From an uncultured Actinomycetes bacterium (GTDB lineage: Bacteria > Actinomycetota > Thermoleophilia > Gaiellales > Gaiellaceae): DNA of 64,000 nucleotides. The notes beneath the pieces are model-generated. The model did not search any database, was not told the origin of the DNA, and worked only from the letters and a program-made list of their open reading frames with translations. Of this stretch, positions 10,663-20,967 are shown in pieces (position 1 is the stretch's first letter; every line of letters starts with the position of its first letter). The DNA is taken from contig CAVREH010000018.1 of assembly GCA_963720065.1 (NCBI GenBank), forward strand, positions 7,083 to 71,082, read 5' to 3'. Made by a program: the position numbers and the translations under genes.

Positions 10663-11595
10663 CGTGATCGAGACCATCCGCTCGATCGCCAGGCGGGCGC
10701 GGTCGGCCAACTCCGGCTCGACTGTGATGCGGTGCTTGCCGTCGCGGAGGGAGTCGCGGACCTTCTCGAGCGTGGTCAGCTTCATGTAGCGGCACTCGGC
10801 GTCCTCGCGCACCGCTTCGAACCGCTTGCCGGGCGCCTCCTGCTGCAGGCGGTGGATGATTCCCGTCTCGGTCGCGATCAGGAAGCGCTGCTTCGGGGAG
10901 CGCTTCGCGTAGTCGATCATCTTCTCGGTCGAGAGGATCTGCGTGCGCTCGTTGCCGAACGCCATCGCCTGGCTCGCGCAGCCGCACTCGGGGTGGACGA
11001 GCAGGTCGGCGTCGGGCGCCTCGTCCTGCCAGCGCTCGATGTCGGCCGGGCGGATGCCCGCGTGGACGTGGCACTCGCCGAGCCAGATCGTCAGCTTGCG
11101 GCCGGTCACCTTCTCGAGCCAGAGGCCGAGGTACATGTCCGGAAGGAAGAGGATCTCCTGTTCCGGCGGGATCGCCTCGATCACCGACTTCGCGTTGCCC
11201 GAGGTGCAGCAGTAGTCGCTCTCCGCCTTCACCTCCGCAGTCGTGTTCACGTAGGAGACGACGACCGCGCCGGGATGCCGCGCCTTCCACTCACGCAGCT
11301 GCTCCGCGTCGATCGAGGCGGCGAGCGAGCAGCCGGCGCCGAGGTCAGGGAGGAGGACCGTCTTCTCCGGGCTGAGGATCGCCGCCGTCTCGGCCATGAA
11401 GTGGACGCCGCAGAAGACGATCGTCTGCGCGTCGGTCGCGGCCGCCTGGCGCGACAGGCCGAGCGAGTCGCCGACGTAGTCCGCGACGTCCTGTACCTCC
11501 GGGCGCTGGTAGTTGTGGGCGAGGATCACGGCGTTCTTCGCGGTAGCGAGAGCGCGTACTTCGTCGTGCAGGGTCGTGGACGGGGCGACGGTCAT
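10660..11595 (-). CDS. nadA: quinolinate synthase NadA
   Basis: MTVAPSTTLHDEVRALATAKNAVILAHNYQRPEVQDVADYVGDSL, FCGVHFMAETA and HPECGC match the NadA family. The start overlaps the nadC stop (ATGA). Confidence 0.93.
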   Translation of the reverse strand: MTVAPSTTLHDEVRALATAKNAVILAHNYQRPEVQDVADYVGDSLGLSRQAAATDAQTIVFCGVHFMAETAAILSPEKTVLLPDLGAGCSLAASIDAEQLREWKARHPGAVVVSYVNTTAEVKAESDYCCTSGNAKSVIEAIPPEQEILFLPDMYLGLWLEKVTGRKLTIWLGECHVHAGIRPADIERWQDEAPDADLLVHPECGCASQAMAFGNERTQILSTEKMIDYAKRSPKQRFLIATETGIIHRLQQEAPGKRFEAVREDAECRYMKLTTLEKVRDSLRDGKHRITVEPELADRARLAIERMVSIT

Positions 11596-12428
11596 CGGAC
11601 CTCCAGGGAGACGTGGAGCGAGCGGGCGGAATGGGTGAGGGCGCCGACGGAGACGAAGTCGACGCCGGTCTCGGCGTAGGCGCGCACGGTGCCGAGGGAG
11701 ACGCCGCCGGACGCCTCGAGCTCGGCGCGGCCTGCGGCGAGCGCGACTGCCTCGCGCACCTCCTCGGGGCTCATGTTGTCGAGCAGGATCCGGGGGGCGC
11801 CGCCGGCCAACGCCTCGCGCACCTGCGCGAGTGTCTCGGCCTCGATCTCGACCGGCAGGCCGTCGACGCGGCCGTCGAGCGCGGCGAGCGCCGCGGTGAC
11901 ACCGCCGGCGACGCGGAGATGGTTCTCCTTCACGAGCACGCCGTCGTACAGGCCGGCGCGGTGATTGCGGCCGCCGCCGCAGCGGACGGCGTACTTCTCG
12001 AGCGCCCGCAGGCCGGGCGTCGTCTTGCGGGTGTCGAGGACGGCCGTGCGGGTTCCCTCGGTCAGCTCGACGAAGCGGCGCGTGAGCGACGCGATGCCGC
12101 AGAGCCTGGCGAGCAGATTCAGCGCGACGCGCTCGCCGCTGAGGATCGCGCGTGCCGGCCCCTCGACCACGGCGAGGACGGCCGGGACGTCGGAGACCGC
12201 GGTGCCCTCCTCGAGCTTCGCTTCGACCTCCACGTCCGGGGAGAGCTCGCGGAACACGGCACCCGCGACCTGGACGCCGCAGACGACGCCGGGCTCTTCC
12301 AGCAGGAGCTCTGCCCGGCAGCGCGCGTCCTCCGGCACGAGTGCGAGGGTCGTCGCGTCGCCCGAGCCGAGATCCTCGGCGAGCGCGGCGGCGGCCACGC
12401 GTCGGATGTCCTCCTGCGTCAGCTCCAT
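11592..12428 (-). CDS. nadC: nicotinate-nucleotide diphosphorylase (carboxylating) NadC
   Basis: Intact 278 aa. LDTRKTTPGLRALEKYAVRCGGGRNHRAGLYDGVLVKENH is the QPRTase signature. Confidence 0.93.
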   Translation of the reverse strand: MELTQEDIRRVAAAALAEDLGSGDATTLALVPEDARCRAELLLEEPGVVCGVQVAGAVFRELSPDVEVEAKLEEGTAVSDVPAVLAVVEGPARAILSGERVALNLLARLCGIASLTRRFVELTEGTRTAVLDTRKTTPGLRALEKYAVRCGGGRNHRAGLYDGVLVKENHLRVAGGVTAALAALDGRVDGLPVEIEAETLAQVREALAGGAPRILLDNMSPEEVREAVALAAGRAELEASGGVSLGTVRAYAETGVDFVSVGALTHSARSLHVSLEVR

Positions 12429-13771
12429 CGCTCCAGCACCGGGTCGGCGGAGGGGCGGACGACAAGGTGCCCGGCGAGTGCCTCGCTTTCGACCGGGAAG
12501 TCCTCGCGGAAGTGGACGCCGCGGCTCTCCGTCCGTGCGAGCCCGCAGGCGGCGATCTCGCGGACGAGCGGGTGCGGCGCATCGGCCAGCCGCCGGAGAC
12601 TCTCGGCGCTCCTGATCAGCCCGGCGTCGTGCCAGAGCGCCGCGCCATCCGGAGCATCGGCAAGCAACACGTCGTTACTGGCGTTGTCAAAGCGCGGACC
12701 GTCGAGCGCGGCGAGGCCGGCGCGCCGGCCGAAGACGAGGCACTCGAGCAGCGAGTTCGAGGCGAGCCGGTTCGCGCCGTGGACGCCCGTGCAGGCGCAC
12801 TCACCCGCGGCGTACAGCCCGGGCACGGACGTGCGCCCGTCGAGGTCCGAGACGATCCCGCCGATCGCGTAATGGGCGGCGGGGGAGACCGGCACCGGCT
12901 CGTCGGCAGGGTCGTAGCCCGCCTCCGCGAGCGTCGCCATCAGGCTGGGATAGCGGTCGCGCTCGACCGGCCGCAGGTCGAGGCGCGCGCCGGCATGTGC
13001 GGCGACCGCGCGCGCGACGACGTCGCGCGGTGCGAGCTCGTCGACGAAGCGCTCGCCGCCGTCGTCGAGCAGCGTCGCGCCGGCGCCGCGGAGCGCCTCG
13101 GAGAGGAGAAAGCCGTCGTGGCCGTTCCCGTCCCGGAGCGCCGTCGGGTGGAACTGGACGAATTCGAGGTCCGCCAGAGCGGCGCCCGCGGCCCGGGCCA
13201 GCAGGAGACCGTCACCCACGGCGCCGCGAGGATTCGTGGTGCGCGCCCAGAGCGCGGCGTAGCCGCCGGTGGCGAGGACGACGGCGGAGCCGCGGAGCGC
13301 GGCGAGCGTGGTGAGCCGCGTGCCTTCGACCAGCCGGATCCGGGGATGCTCGACGGCCCGCGCGCTCAAGACGTCCGCGATGTGGCGTCCCGTGTCCGCG
13401 CCGCCCGCGTGCACGACGCGGGCGCGGGCATGGCCGCCCTCCCGGCCGAGGCCGGCGTCGAACCGGACTCCCAGCCGGCGCAGCTCGGCGATCCGCGCGG
13501 GAGCCTCCTCCGTCAACAGCCGGACGGCGCTGGGCCGGCAGAGGCCGCGCCCAGCGGCGAGCGTGTCCGCGGCGTGGAGCGCCGGGTCGTCGCCGAGACC
13601 GACGGCCGCGGCGACGCCTCCCTGGGCCGCGTAGCTGTTCGAGCTGCGGTGCGAGGCCTTCGCGAGCACGAGCACCGAGACGCCGGCGTCGGCTGCGGCA
13701 AGGGCGGCTGAGAATCCTGCGACACCGGCTCCGACCACGACCACGTCGGGTGTGTGGCGTTTTTGCCTCAC
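12419..13771 (-). CDS. nadB: L-aspartate oxidase NadB (short form, ~450 aa)
   Basis: GTG 13771 gives MRQKRHTPDVVVVGAGVAGFSAA (FAD fold). Also present: YAQGGVAAA, FVQFHPTAL and ESRGVHFREDFP. The listed 812-aa ORF is upstream read-through. Confidence 0.88.
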   Translation of the reverse strand: MRQKRHTPDVVVVGAGVAGFSAALAAADAGVSVLVLAKASHRSSNSYAAQGGVAAAVGLGDDPALHAADTLAAGRGLCRPSAVRLLTEEAPARIAELRRLGVRFDAGLGREGGHARARVVHAGGADTGRHIADVLSARAVEHPRIRLVEGTRLTTLAALRGSAVVLATGGYAALWARTTNPRGAVGDGLLLARAAGAALADLEFVQFHPTALRDGNGHDGFLLSEALRGAGATLLDDGGERFVDELAPRDVVARAVAAHAGARLDLRPVERDRYPSLMATLAEAGYDPADEPVPVSPAAHYAIGGIVSDLDGRTSVPGLYAAGECACTGVHGANRLASNSLLECLVFGRRAGLAALDGPRFDNASNDVLLADAPDGAALWHDAGLIRSAESLRRLADAPHPLVREIAACGLARTESRGVHFREDFPVESEALAGHLVVRPSADPVLERWS

Positions 13772-13786
13772 AATCGATAACCTCGA

Positions 13787-13818
13787 GCCTGAGTCTACAT
13801 GGTTGACGACTCTCAGGC
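13787..13818. promoter_or_regulatory. imperfect inverted repeat in the 27-bp nadB/nrtR divergent spacer (candidate NrtR operator)
   Basis: gcctgagtc-N12-gactctcaggc spans the nrtR ATG (13799). It sits between the divergent nadBCA operon and the regulator gene. Confidence 0.35.
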
Positions 13819-14497
13819 GAAAACTGCAGCCCACGCCGTGCTCGCGGCCGTCCTCCAGGTACGCGCCGGACGGCTGCAGGCGCTGCTCTGGCAGCGGGCA
13901 CGCGAGCCGTTCGCGGCCTGCTGGGCGCTGCCGGGCGGGGCGCTGGCGGCGGACGAGACGCTCGAGGAGTCGATGCGGCGGCACCTCGCCGAGAAGGTCG
14001 ACGTCCGGGAGGTCGCGCATCTCGAGCAGCTGGAGACGTTGAGCGACCCGTCGCGCAATCCGATCCGGCGCGAGCTCGCGACCGCGTTCCTCGGGCTGGT
14101 GCCGAGCGGGGTGGACCCGCAGCTGCCGGAGGACACGCGCTGGCATCCGCTCGACGAGCTCCCGGAGCTCGCCTACGACCACGAGGAGATCCTCCTCGGC
14201 GCGGGCGAGCGCCTGCGCGGAAAGCTCTCCTACACGAATCTCGGCTTCGCCCTCGCGCCGCCGAGCTTCACGCTCGCCGAGCTGCGCGATCTCTACGCCG
14301 TGGCGCTCGGCCATCCGGTCGGCGCGACGAACCTCCAGCGGGTCCTGCTGCGGCGCCGGCTCCTCGAGGAAACCGGGGAGCGGCGTCACTACGGCGCCGG
14401 CGGCGGTCGCCCGGCGGCGATCTACCGCTTCCGGACGAATGAGCTGGAGATAACCGACCAGTTCGCCGTCCTCCGGCCGCCTACAATGGCTCACTGA
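13799..14497 (+). CDS. nrtR: Nudix-related transcriptional regulator NrtR (Nudix domain + C-terminal winged helix)
   Basis: Degenerate Nudix box (LPGGALAADETLEESMRRHLAEKVDV). C-terminal FTLAELRDLYAVALGHPVGATNLQRVLLRR is typical of NrtR. The gene is divergent from the NAD biosynthesis operon. Confidence 0.8.
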   Translation: MVDDSQAKTAAHAVLAAVLQVRAGRLQALLWQRAREPFAACWALPGGALAADETLEESMRRHLAEKVDVREVAHLEQLETLSDPSRNPIRRELATAFLGLVPSGVDPQLPEDTRWHPLDELPELAYDHEEILLGAGERLRGKLSYTNLGFALAPPSFTLAELRDLYAVALGHPVGATNLQRVLLRRRLLEETGERRHYGAGGGRPAAIYRFRTNELEITDQFAVLRPPTMAH

Positions 14498-14860
14498 GTG
14501 GCCGTGCGCACCCAGACCCTTTCGCAGTCGCAGCGACTCAACGTCCGTGCGTGGCTCGCCTTCCTCTTCGGCCTGCTGGCGGCCGTCGTCATCCCGGTGG
14601 CCATCGAGCTGACGCGCAAGATCCCCGGCGCGGCCCTCCTCGACGCGGTCTGGGCGATTCCGGTGGCCGCCGTCGCCGCGACCCTGGCGCTGCTCTTCGC
14701 CCGCGGCGCGCGCGGGGCGATCGTGCGGACGCTGGAGCCGGTCGGCGGCGCGGCGTGCATCCGGCTGGGCCGCATCTTCGCCGTGGCGGGCATTTGCATC
14801 ACGCTTTCCGCCTCCATCGCAGTGGGTCTGTACGAGCTCCTGTTGCGCCTCGAGCACTGA
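14498..14860 (+). CDS. hypothetical membrane protein (3 predicted TM segments)
   Basis: GTG lies directly after the nrtR stop. Hydrophobic segments include WLAFLFGLLAAVVIPVAI, AIPVAAVAATLALLF and IFAVAGICITLSASIAVGL. Confidence 0.55.
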   Translation: MAVRTQTLSQSQRLNVRAWLAFLFGLLAAVVIPVAIELTRKIPGAALLDAVWAIPVAAVAATLALLFARGARGAIVRTLEPVGGAACIRLGRIFAVAGICITLSASIAVGLYELLLRLEH

Positions 14861-14876
14861 GCTCTAGACTCCTGCT

Positions 14877-15572
14877 GTGTTCGAGATCGGCAACAGTCTG
14901 CGGGAGGCGCGCGAGCGGCAGGGGCTCGGGTACCCCGAGATCGAGCTCGCGACCAAGATCCGTGCGAAGTACCTCCGCGCGCTCGAGGAGGAGGACTTCA
15001 CGTCCATTCCGGGCGACGCGTACATCCGCGGCTTCCTGCGGACGTATGCGGAGTACCTCGGGCTCGACGGCGACGTCTACGTCGACGAGTACGCGTCGCG
15101 CTTCATCACGAGCTGGCGCGACGAGCTGCCCCCGCGGCCCGAGCGGCGCCGGATTCCGACGCGCCAACGGCCCATCGAACGTCGCGCCGTCCTGCTCGTG
15201 CTCGCCGGGATCGTGCTCGTGGCGATCCTGGTCTTCGCGGCCTTCGACCTCCCGGGCTCGTCCGCGCGCGTGCCGGGAATCGGGACGAAGCAGCAGAAGC
15301 ACTCCCCGCCGGCTCGCCAGCTCGTCCTGCACGGCGTCGGCCGCGGGACGTACGCCGAGGTGCGTCACAACACCAGGTCCGGCAAGCTCGGCTTCTCCGG
15401 GACCGTGGAGCCGGGGGAGACCGACTCGATCCCCGGCGACCGTTTCTACCTGCTCGTGCGCAATCCCGCCGGCCTGCGCCTGACGCTCGACGGCCGCGCG
15501 GTGGCGCTGCCGGCAGCGCACAACCTCCACGTCCACGTCACACCGCGACGGACGACCCGCCTGCGCGGGTGA
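14877..15572 (+). CDS. RodZ-like HTH/DUF4115 membrane protein
   Basis: N-terminal HTH IGNSLREARERQGLGYPEIELATKIRAKYLRALEEEDF, PGDAYIRGFLRTYAEYLGLD, one TM segment and a C-terminal DUF4115-like beta domain. Confidence 0.8.
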   Translation: MFEIGNSLREARERQGLGYPEIELATKIRAKYLRALEEEDFTSIPGDAYIRGFLRTYAEYLGLDGDVYVDEYASRFITSWRDELPPRPERRRIPTRQRPIERRAVLLVLAGIVLVAILVFAAFDLPGSSARVPGIGTKQQKHSPPARQLVLHGVGRGTYAEVRHNTRSGKLGFSGTVEPGETDSIPGDRFYLLVRNPAGLRLTLDGRAVALPAAHNLHVHVTPRRTTRLRG

Positions 15573-16846
15573 GCGAGCGGCCGCGCGCGGTCGTCGTCGT
15601 CACCGGCAGCGAGCTCGTCCGCGGCGAGCGCACCGACCGGAACGGCCCCTTTCTCGCCGCCGAGGCGCTGCAGAACGGACTCGAGCCGGCCCGGATCACG
15701 ATCGTCGGCGACGCGGCCGCCGAGCTCGAGGCGGTCCTGCGTGAGGGCCTGGAGGCAGACGCCTGCCTCGTCTCGGGCGGTCTCGGCCCGACGCACGACG
15801 ACCGCACGGTCGAGCTCCTCGCGCGCGCAGCCGGGCTCGAGCTGGTGGTGGACGAGGCGCTCCGGCAGGAGATCGAGTCGGTCTCCCGGCTGGTCGCGGA
15901 GCGTTTGCGGAGGCCGTACGCGGACTTCGCCCCGGGCGTGGTGAAGCAGGCCACGCGGCCGGCTCCGGCCGCCTCCATTGGCCTGGCCGGTACGGCCCCG
16001 GGGCTCGTCCTGCGGGCGCCCACGGGCTGCGTCGTCGTCGTCCTGCCCGGGCCGCCGAGCGAGCTGCGGCGGCTGTGGCCGAACGCGCTCGCCACCGAGC
16101 CGATGCGGGAGCTGCTCGGGCGGACTCGACCGCCCGGACGGCAGGTGCTGCGACTCTTCGGCGTCAGCGAGTCGGCCGTGGCGAAGGCGTTCGAGGAAGC
16201 CGGCGGCGACGGGGATGGCGTGGAGGTGACCATCTGCGCCCGCGACTTCGAGATCCACGTCGATCTCGTCGTCGAGCCGGGCGCGGAGGAGCGCGGGGAG
16301 GCCCTCGAGGCGGCCCTCGCCGAGCGCCTCGTGCGGTGGCTCTTCGCGCGCGACGAACGGCGCGTCGAGGAGATCGTGCTCTCGCTCGCGCAGGCGCGTG
16401 GCCTGCAGCTTGCGACCGCCGAGTCCTGCACGGGCGGCATGGTCGCGGCGCGCCTCACCGACGTCCCCGGCTCGAGCGCGAGCTTCGTCGGCGGAATCGT
16501 CTCCTATGCGGACGAGGTGAAGCGCTCCGAGCTGGCCGTCCCCGAGGCGCTGCTCGAGCAGCACGGCGCCGTCTCCGCCGAGGTCGCCGCCGCAATGGCC
16601 GAGGGTGCGCGCCGGCGGCTCGGTGCGGACGTGGTCGTGGCGGTGACCGGCGTCGCTGGCCCCGACGGCGGGACGCCCGAGAAGCCCGTCGGACGCGTGT
16701 ATCTCCACGCCGCCGGCCCGGACGGCTCGCTGACCCGCATGCTCGACCTGCCCGGCGAGCGGGCGCAGGTGCGCGTGCGGGCGACCGTGACCGCGCTCCA
16801 TCTCCTCCGTGCGCTTTTGGCGGGAAGTCGCGACGAACCCGAGTGA
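15569..16846 (+). CDS. cinA: CinA family protein (MoCF-binding domain + nicotinamide-nucleotide amidase PncC domain)
   Basis: Intact 425 aa. AVVVVTGSELVRGERTDRNGPFLA, TAESCTGGMVAARLTDVPGSS and YLHAAGPDG are present. It sits in the classical position upstream of recA. Confidence 0.9.
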   Translation: MSERPRAVVVVTGSELVRGERTDRNGPFLAAEALQNGLEPARITIVGDAAAELEAVLREGLEADACLVSGGLGPTHDDRTVELLARAAGLELVVDEALRQEIESVSRLVAERLRRPYADFAPGVVKQATRPAPAASIGLAGTAPGLVLRAPTGCVVVVLPGPPSELRRLWPNALATEPMRELLGRTRPPGRQVLRLFGVSESAVAKAFEEAGGDGDGVEVTICARDFEIHVDLVVEPGAEERGEALEAALAERLVRWLFARDERRVEEIVLSLAQARGLQLATAESCTGGMVAARLTDVPGSSASFVGGIVSYADEVKRSELAVPEALLEQHGAVSAEVAAAMAEGARRRLGADVVVAVTGVAGPDGGTPEKPVGRVYLHAAGPDGSLTRMLDLPGERAQVRVRATVTALHLLRALLAGSRDEPE

Positions 16847-16860
16847 CCTCGGACGCTAGC

Positions 16861-17394
16861 GTGAGCGGCGATGAACGGCTTCGGCTCTTCCTCGCGCTCC
16901 GCCTCCCCGACGGCGTCCTCGACGAGCTCGAGCGCTGGCAGCGGGGGCAGTTGCGGAACGTCCGCGTGGTTCCGCGAGAGCACCTGCACGTCACGCTCGC
17001 GTTCCTCGGCTCTCGGCCGGCCGGCGAGCTCGAGTCGATCGTCGACGTGTTGCGCGACGCGGCGGCGGAAGCGGGGGAGATCGCCCTCACACCGAGCCGC
17101 TACCGCGAGACGCGGAGCGTCGGCATGCTCGTCCTCGAGGACGCCCAAGGGCGGGCGGCTCTGCTCGCCGGGGACGTCCAGGAGCGGCTGGAACGGCTCG
17201 GCGTCTACCGCCGCGAAGGCCGGCGCTGGCTTCCGCACCTCACGGTTGCGCGCTGGCGCCGGCGTCCCCGGCTCCAGCTCGAGCCGCCGCCGGTACGAAC
17301 GTTCGTTCCGTCCGACGCGGCTGCTTACCTATCCCGGCTGCACCCCGACGGGGCGCGGTACGAAGTCTTGGAATCTGTCGCTCTAGGAGGCTGA
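16861..17394 (+). CDS. thpR: RNA 2',3'-cyclic phosphodiesterase (ThpR/LigT, 2H family)
   Basis: Two HxT motifs are present, HVTLAFLG and HLTVARW. Start is GTG 16861. The listed longer ORF is Arg-rich read-through. Confidence 0.85.
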   Translation: MSGDERLRLFLALRLPDGVLDELERWQRGQLRNVRVVPREHLHVTLAFLGSRPAGELESIVDVLRDAAAEAGEIALTPSRYRETRSVGMLVLEDAQGRAALLAGDVQERLERLGVYRREGRRWLPHLTVARWRRRPRLQLEPPPVRTFVPSDAAAYLSRLHPDGARYEVLESVALGG

Positions 17395-17395
17395 G

Positions 17396-18487
17396 GTGGA
17401 CAAGCACGAAGCACTCGACGTAGCGCTCGGCCAGATCGAGCGGCAGTTCGGCAAGGGCTCGGTCATGAAGATGAACGACCGCGCCGCGGTCTCGGTCGGC
17501 GCCGTCTCCACCGGCTCGCTCGCGCTCGATCTCGCGCTCGGCATCGGCGGCCTGCCGCGCGGCCGCATCGTCGAGATCTTCGGCCCTGAGTCCTCGGGCA
17601 AGACGACCCTCGTCTACCACGTGATTGCCGAGGCGCAGCGCCGGGGCGGCATCTGCGCCTTCATCGACGCCGAGCACGCGATGGACCCGGCGTACGCGAA
17701 GCGGATCGGCGTCGACATCGACAACCTGCTCGTCTCCCAGCCCGACACGGGCGAGCAGGCGCTCGAGATCACGGAGCTCCTCATCCGCTCCGGCGCGCTC
17801 GACGTCGTCGCGATCGACTCGGTCGCGGCGCTGACCCCGAAGGCGGAAATCGAAGGCGAGATGGGCGACTCCCACGTCGGTCTCCAGGCACGCCTCATGA
17901 GCCAGGCCCTCCGCAAGCTCGCAGGCACCCTCAACCGCACCGACACGATCTGCCTCTTCACGAACCAGTTGCGCGAGAAGATCGGGGTCATGTTCGGGAA
18001 CCCCGAGACCACGCCGGGCGGGCGCGCGCTGAAGTTCTACTCGTCCGTGCGGCTCGACATCCGCCGCATCGAGACGCTCAAGGACGGCGTGGAGGCATTC
18101 GGCAACCGGGTCCGCGTCAAGGTCGTGAAGAACAAGGTCGCGCCGCCGTTCAAGCAGGCGGAGTTCGACATCATCTACGGCTCCGGCATCTTGTGGGAAG
18201 GCACGGTGCTCGACTCGGGGCTCGAGCGGAAGGTGGTGACGAAGTCGGGCTCGTACTTCAGCTTCGGCGACGAGCGGCTCGGCCAGGGCCGCCAGAACGC
18301 GACCGCCTTCCTGCGTGAGCACCCCGACGTCACCCAGCAGATCCTGCAGGCGATCCAGGCGGATCTCGGCCCGGATGCGATCGCGTCTGCGCGGCTGCTG
18401 CCGGTCGCCGTTGAGGAGACCGCGGCCTCGAACGGCAAGGCGGAGGTGGCAGCGGAGGCGCTCGCGTCGGCCGAAGCCGAGGCGTGA
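17396..18487 (+). CDS. recA: recombinase RecA
   Basis: GGAGG precedes GTG 17396. [29 protein letters not shown] and [22 protein letters not shown] are unmistakable. Confidence 0.98.
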   Translation: MDKHEALDVALGQIERQFGKGSVMKMNDRAAVSVGAVSTGSLALDLALGIGGLPRGRIVEIFGPESSGKTTLVYHVIAEAQRRGGICAFIDAEHAMDPAYAKRIGVDIDNLLVSQPDTGEQALEITELLIRSGALDVVAIDSVAALTPKAEIEGEMGDSHVGLQARLMSQALRKLAGTLNRTDTICLFTNQLREKIGVMFGNPETTPGGRALKFYSSVRLDIRRIETLKDGVEAFGNRVRVKVVKNKVAPPFKQAEFDIIYGSGILWEGTVLDSGLERKVVTKSGSYFSFGDERLGQGRQNATAFLREHPDVTQQILQAIQADLGPDAIASARLLPVAVEETAASNGKAEVAAEALASAEAEA

Positions 18488-19071
18488 CCCAGGTCGTCAC
18501 CGGTTTGCGCGAGCGGAAGCGCAACCGCGTCGCCGTGGAGCTCGACGGCCGGCCGTGGCGCGTGCTGCCGACGGATGCGGTCGTACGAGCGGGCCTCTCG
18601 GTCGGGCGGCCGTTGGATCGCCACACGGCACGGGAGCTCGCGCGCGAAGTGCGCCGTGCTCGAGCCCTGGCTCAGGCGACGCGGACGCTGGCCACGAGCG
18701 GCCGGTCGCGCCGCGAGCTCGAGCAGCGGCTGGCACGCGCGGGGCATTCCGGCGCTGCACGAGAGGAGGCGCTCGCGACCCTGGATCGTGCGGGGCTCGT
18801 CGACGACGCGCGGCTCGCGGAGAGCCGTGCCGAGCTGCTCGCGCGCCGGGGCTACGGCGACGCCGCGATCCGGGCCGACCTCAGACGCCGCCTGGTCGCG
18901 CCCGAGGCGGCTGCCCTTGCCGTCGCCGCGCTCGAGCCCGAGCCCGCGCGGCTACGGCGGTTGCTCGAAGCCCAGAGCGTCACGCCTGCGCTCCTCCGGC
19001 GGCTGGCCGGTCGCGGCTTCTCACGCGATGCACTGGACGAAGCGGCGTCGTCGTTTGCGCCGGAGGCGTAA
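18484..19071 (+). CDS. recX: recombination regulator RecX
   Basis: The start overlaps the recA stop. The repeated three-helix pattern is present ([14 protein letters not shown]..., [33 protein letters not shown]). Confidence 0.85.
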   Translation: MTQVVTGLRERKRNRVAVELDGRPWRVLPTDAVVRAGLSVGRPLDRHTARELAREVRRARALAQATRTLATSGRSRRELEQRLARAGHSGAAREEALATLDRAGLVDDARLAESRAELLARRGYGDAAIRADLRRRLVAPEAAALAVAALEPEPARLRRLLEAQSVTPALLRRLAGRGFSRDALDEAASSFAPEA

Positions 19072-19319
19072 AACGCGGTAGGATGCGAAGGCATTCCATT
19101 CGACGTTTTGCCTGCAAAAGCAGCTTTTCCGAAACCAGATCCGATGATCGACCGCTCAGACCCGACGACTCGGAGGTCGCGCGCGAGGTAGCGCAGCGGC
19201 TTTCCGGCACGCTCTTGCCTGCCGGAAATACGGCTTCTCGGACAGCTGCCGCGTAGGCGCGGCACCGGATGGGACGTGCCGCCAGTGGCGGCCTGGTCAC
19301 CGACCGAGGAGCCGAGCAC

Positions 19320-20930
19320 GTGCTGATCGGAGTCGGAATTGCCATCGGGATCGCCGTCGGCGCCGCCCTCGCCCTGCTCGCGGTCTCGGTCTTCGGCACG
19401 ACCGGAGTGTCCAAAGCCCGCCGGATCCGCGAGCAGCTGCTCGACGATGCGCGCCGCGAGAGCGACGCGGTGCGGCGTGAGGCGCAGGTCGAGGCCCGCG
19501 AGCAGGCCGTCCGCCTGCGCAGCGAGATCGATGCGGAGCTGACCGACCGGCGTGGGCAGGTGCTGAAGATCGAAGAACGCGTGCTGGCGAAAGAGATCGA
19601 GATCGAGCAGAAGCTCGAGGAGTTCTCGCGCCGTGACCAGGGCCTCGCCGACCGGGAGGAGCACATCCGCCAACTCCAGGAAGAGCTCAAGGAGACGAAG
19701 CACACCCAGCTGACGGAGCTCGAGCGCGTCGCGGGGCTGACGCAGGCCGAGGCACGGGCGCTGCTCCTCGAGCGTGGGGAAGAGCAGGCGCGGCACGAGC
19801 TCGCGCGGCGCGTGCGCACGCTCGAGGACGAGGCGCGCGCCGAATCGAAGCGCCGGGCACGAAACCTCGTCGCCGACGCGTTGCAGCGCGTCGCCGCGAG
19901 CCACACCGCCGAGACCACGGTGACCGTCGTGGAGCTCCCCTCCGACGACATGAAGGGCCGGATCATCGGGCGGGAGGGCCGCAACATCCGGGCGCTCGAG
20001 CACCTCACCGGCGTGGACTTCATCGTCGACGACACGCCGCACGCGGTCGTTCTGTCGTCCTTCGACGGGCTCCGGCGAGAGGTTGCGCGCCTGACCGTCA
20101 CGAAGCTCCTGGAGGACGGCCGGATTCACCCGGCGCGGATCGAGGAGACCTATTACGAGTCGAAGGCGGAGGTCGAAGAGGTCGTCCGTCAGGCCGGAGA
20201 GCAGGCCGTCTTCGAGGCGAACTGCGGGCCTTTCGCGGACGAGCTCGTCCAGATCCTCGGCCGGCTCCGCTTCCGGACGAGTTACGGCCAGAACGTCCTC
20301 AAGCACACGCTCGAGGTCGTGCACCTCGCCGGGATCATGGCGACCGAGCTCGAGGCGAGCGTCCAGACGGCGAAGCGCGCGGCGATGCTGCACGACATCG
20401 GCAAGGCGATGACGCACGAGGTAGAGGGCTCGCATGCGCTCATCTCCGCCCAGCTCGCGCGGCGCTACGGCGAGACCCAGGGCGTCGTCCACGCCATCGA
20501 GGCGCACCACTACGAGGTGCAGCCGCAGACGGTGGAGGCCGTCCTCCTGATCGCGGCGGATGCCGTCTCGGCGAGCCGGCCCGGCGCGCGGGGCGAGAGC
20601 CTCGAGCAGTACATCAAGCGTCTCGAGGCGCTCGAGGAGCTCGCGGCCTCGAAGCGAGGCGTCGAAAAGGTCTACGCGCTTCAGGCGGGACGCGAGATCA
20701 GGGTCATCGTCAGCCCGGGCGACGTCGGCGACGACGAGGCGGCGCTCCTCGCCCACGAGATCGCGCGTGAGATCGAGGACCGGCTCGAGTACCCCGGCCA
20801 GGTGAAGGTGACCGTCATCCGCGAGAGCCGCGCCGTGGAGGTCGCGAAGAACCACGCCGCAACGCCTGCGCCGCAGCCCATGGCCGCCGGGCGAAACCAG
20901 CCCGCCGACTCGCCGATCCAGGCCGCCTAG
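19320..20930 (+). CDS. rny: ribonuclease Y
   Basis: N-terminal TM (LIGVGIAIGIAVGAALALLAV), coiled coil, KH domain (MKGRIIGREGRNIRALEHLTGVD) and HD domain (HSLEV-like, LHDIGKA). GAGGAG lies 9 nt before GTG 19320. The ORF is also open from 19269. Confidence 0.92.
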   Translation: MLIGVGIAIGIAVGAALALLAVSVFGTTGVSKARRIREQLLDDARRESDAVRREAQVEAREQAVRLRSEIDAELTDRRGQVLKIEERVLAKEIEIEQKLEEFSRRDQGLADREEHIRQLQEELKETKHTQLTELERVAGLTQAEARALLLERGEEQARHELARRVRTLEDEARAESKRRARNLVADALQRVAASHTAETTVTVVELPSDDMKGRIIGREGRNIRALEHLTGVDFIVDDTPHAVVLSSFDGLRREVARLTVTKLLEDGRIHPARIEETYYESKAEVEEVVRQAGEQAVFEANCGPFADELVQILGRLRFRTSYGQNVLKHTLEVVHLAGIMATELEASVQTAKRAAMLHDIGKAMTHEVEGSHALISAQLARRYGETQGVVHAIEAHHYEVQPQTVEAVLLIAADAVSASRPGARGESLEQYIKRLEALEELAASKRGVEKVYALQAGREIRVIVSPGDVGDDEAALLAHEIAREIEDRLEYPGQVKVTVIRESRAVEVAKNHAATPAPQPMAAGRNQPADSPIQAA

Positions 20931-20967
20931 AGCTTCAGACACCGCGGAGCCGACCGGGAGGGCTCTC

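Noticed and set aside
12419-14857. 812-aa ORF on the - strand
   Set aside because: Only the 3' 450 codons (12419-13771) are NadB-like. The upstream part is Arg/Ala/Gly-rich antisense read-through of nrtR and the membrane-protein gene, as is typical of 70% GC DNA.
19072-19319. Possible structured leader or small RNA upstream of rny (hairpin ttccggca/tgccggaa at 19202-19227)
   Set aside because: There is only one short hairpin, no terminator, and neither conservation evidence nor a second copy in the window. That is insufficient to call a feature.
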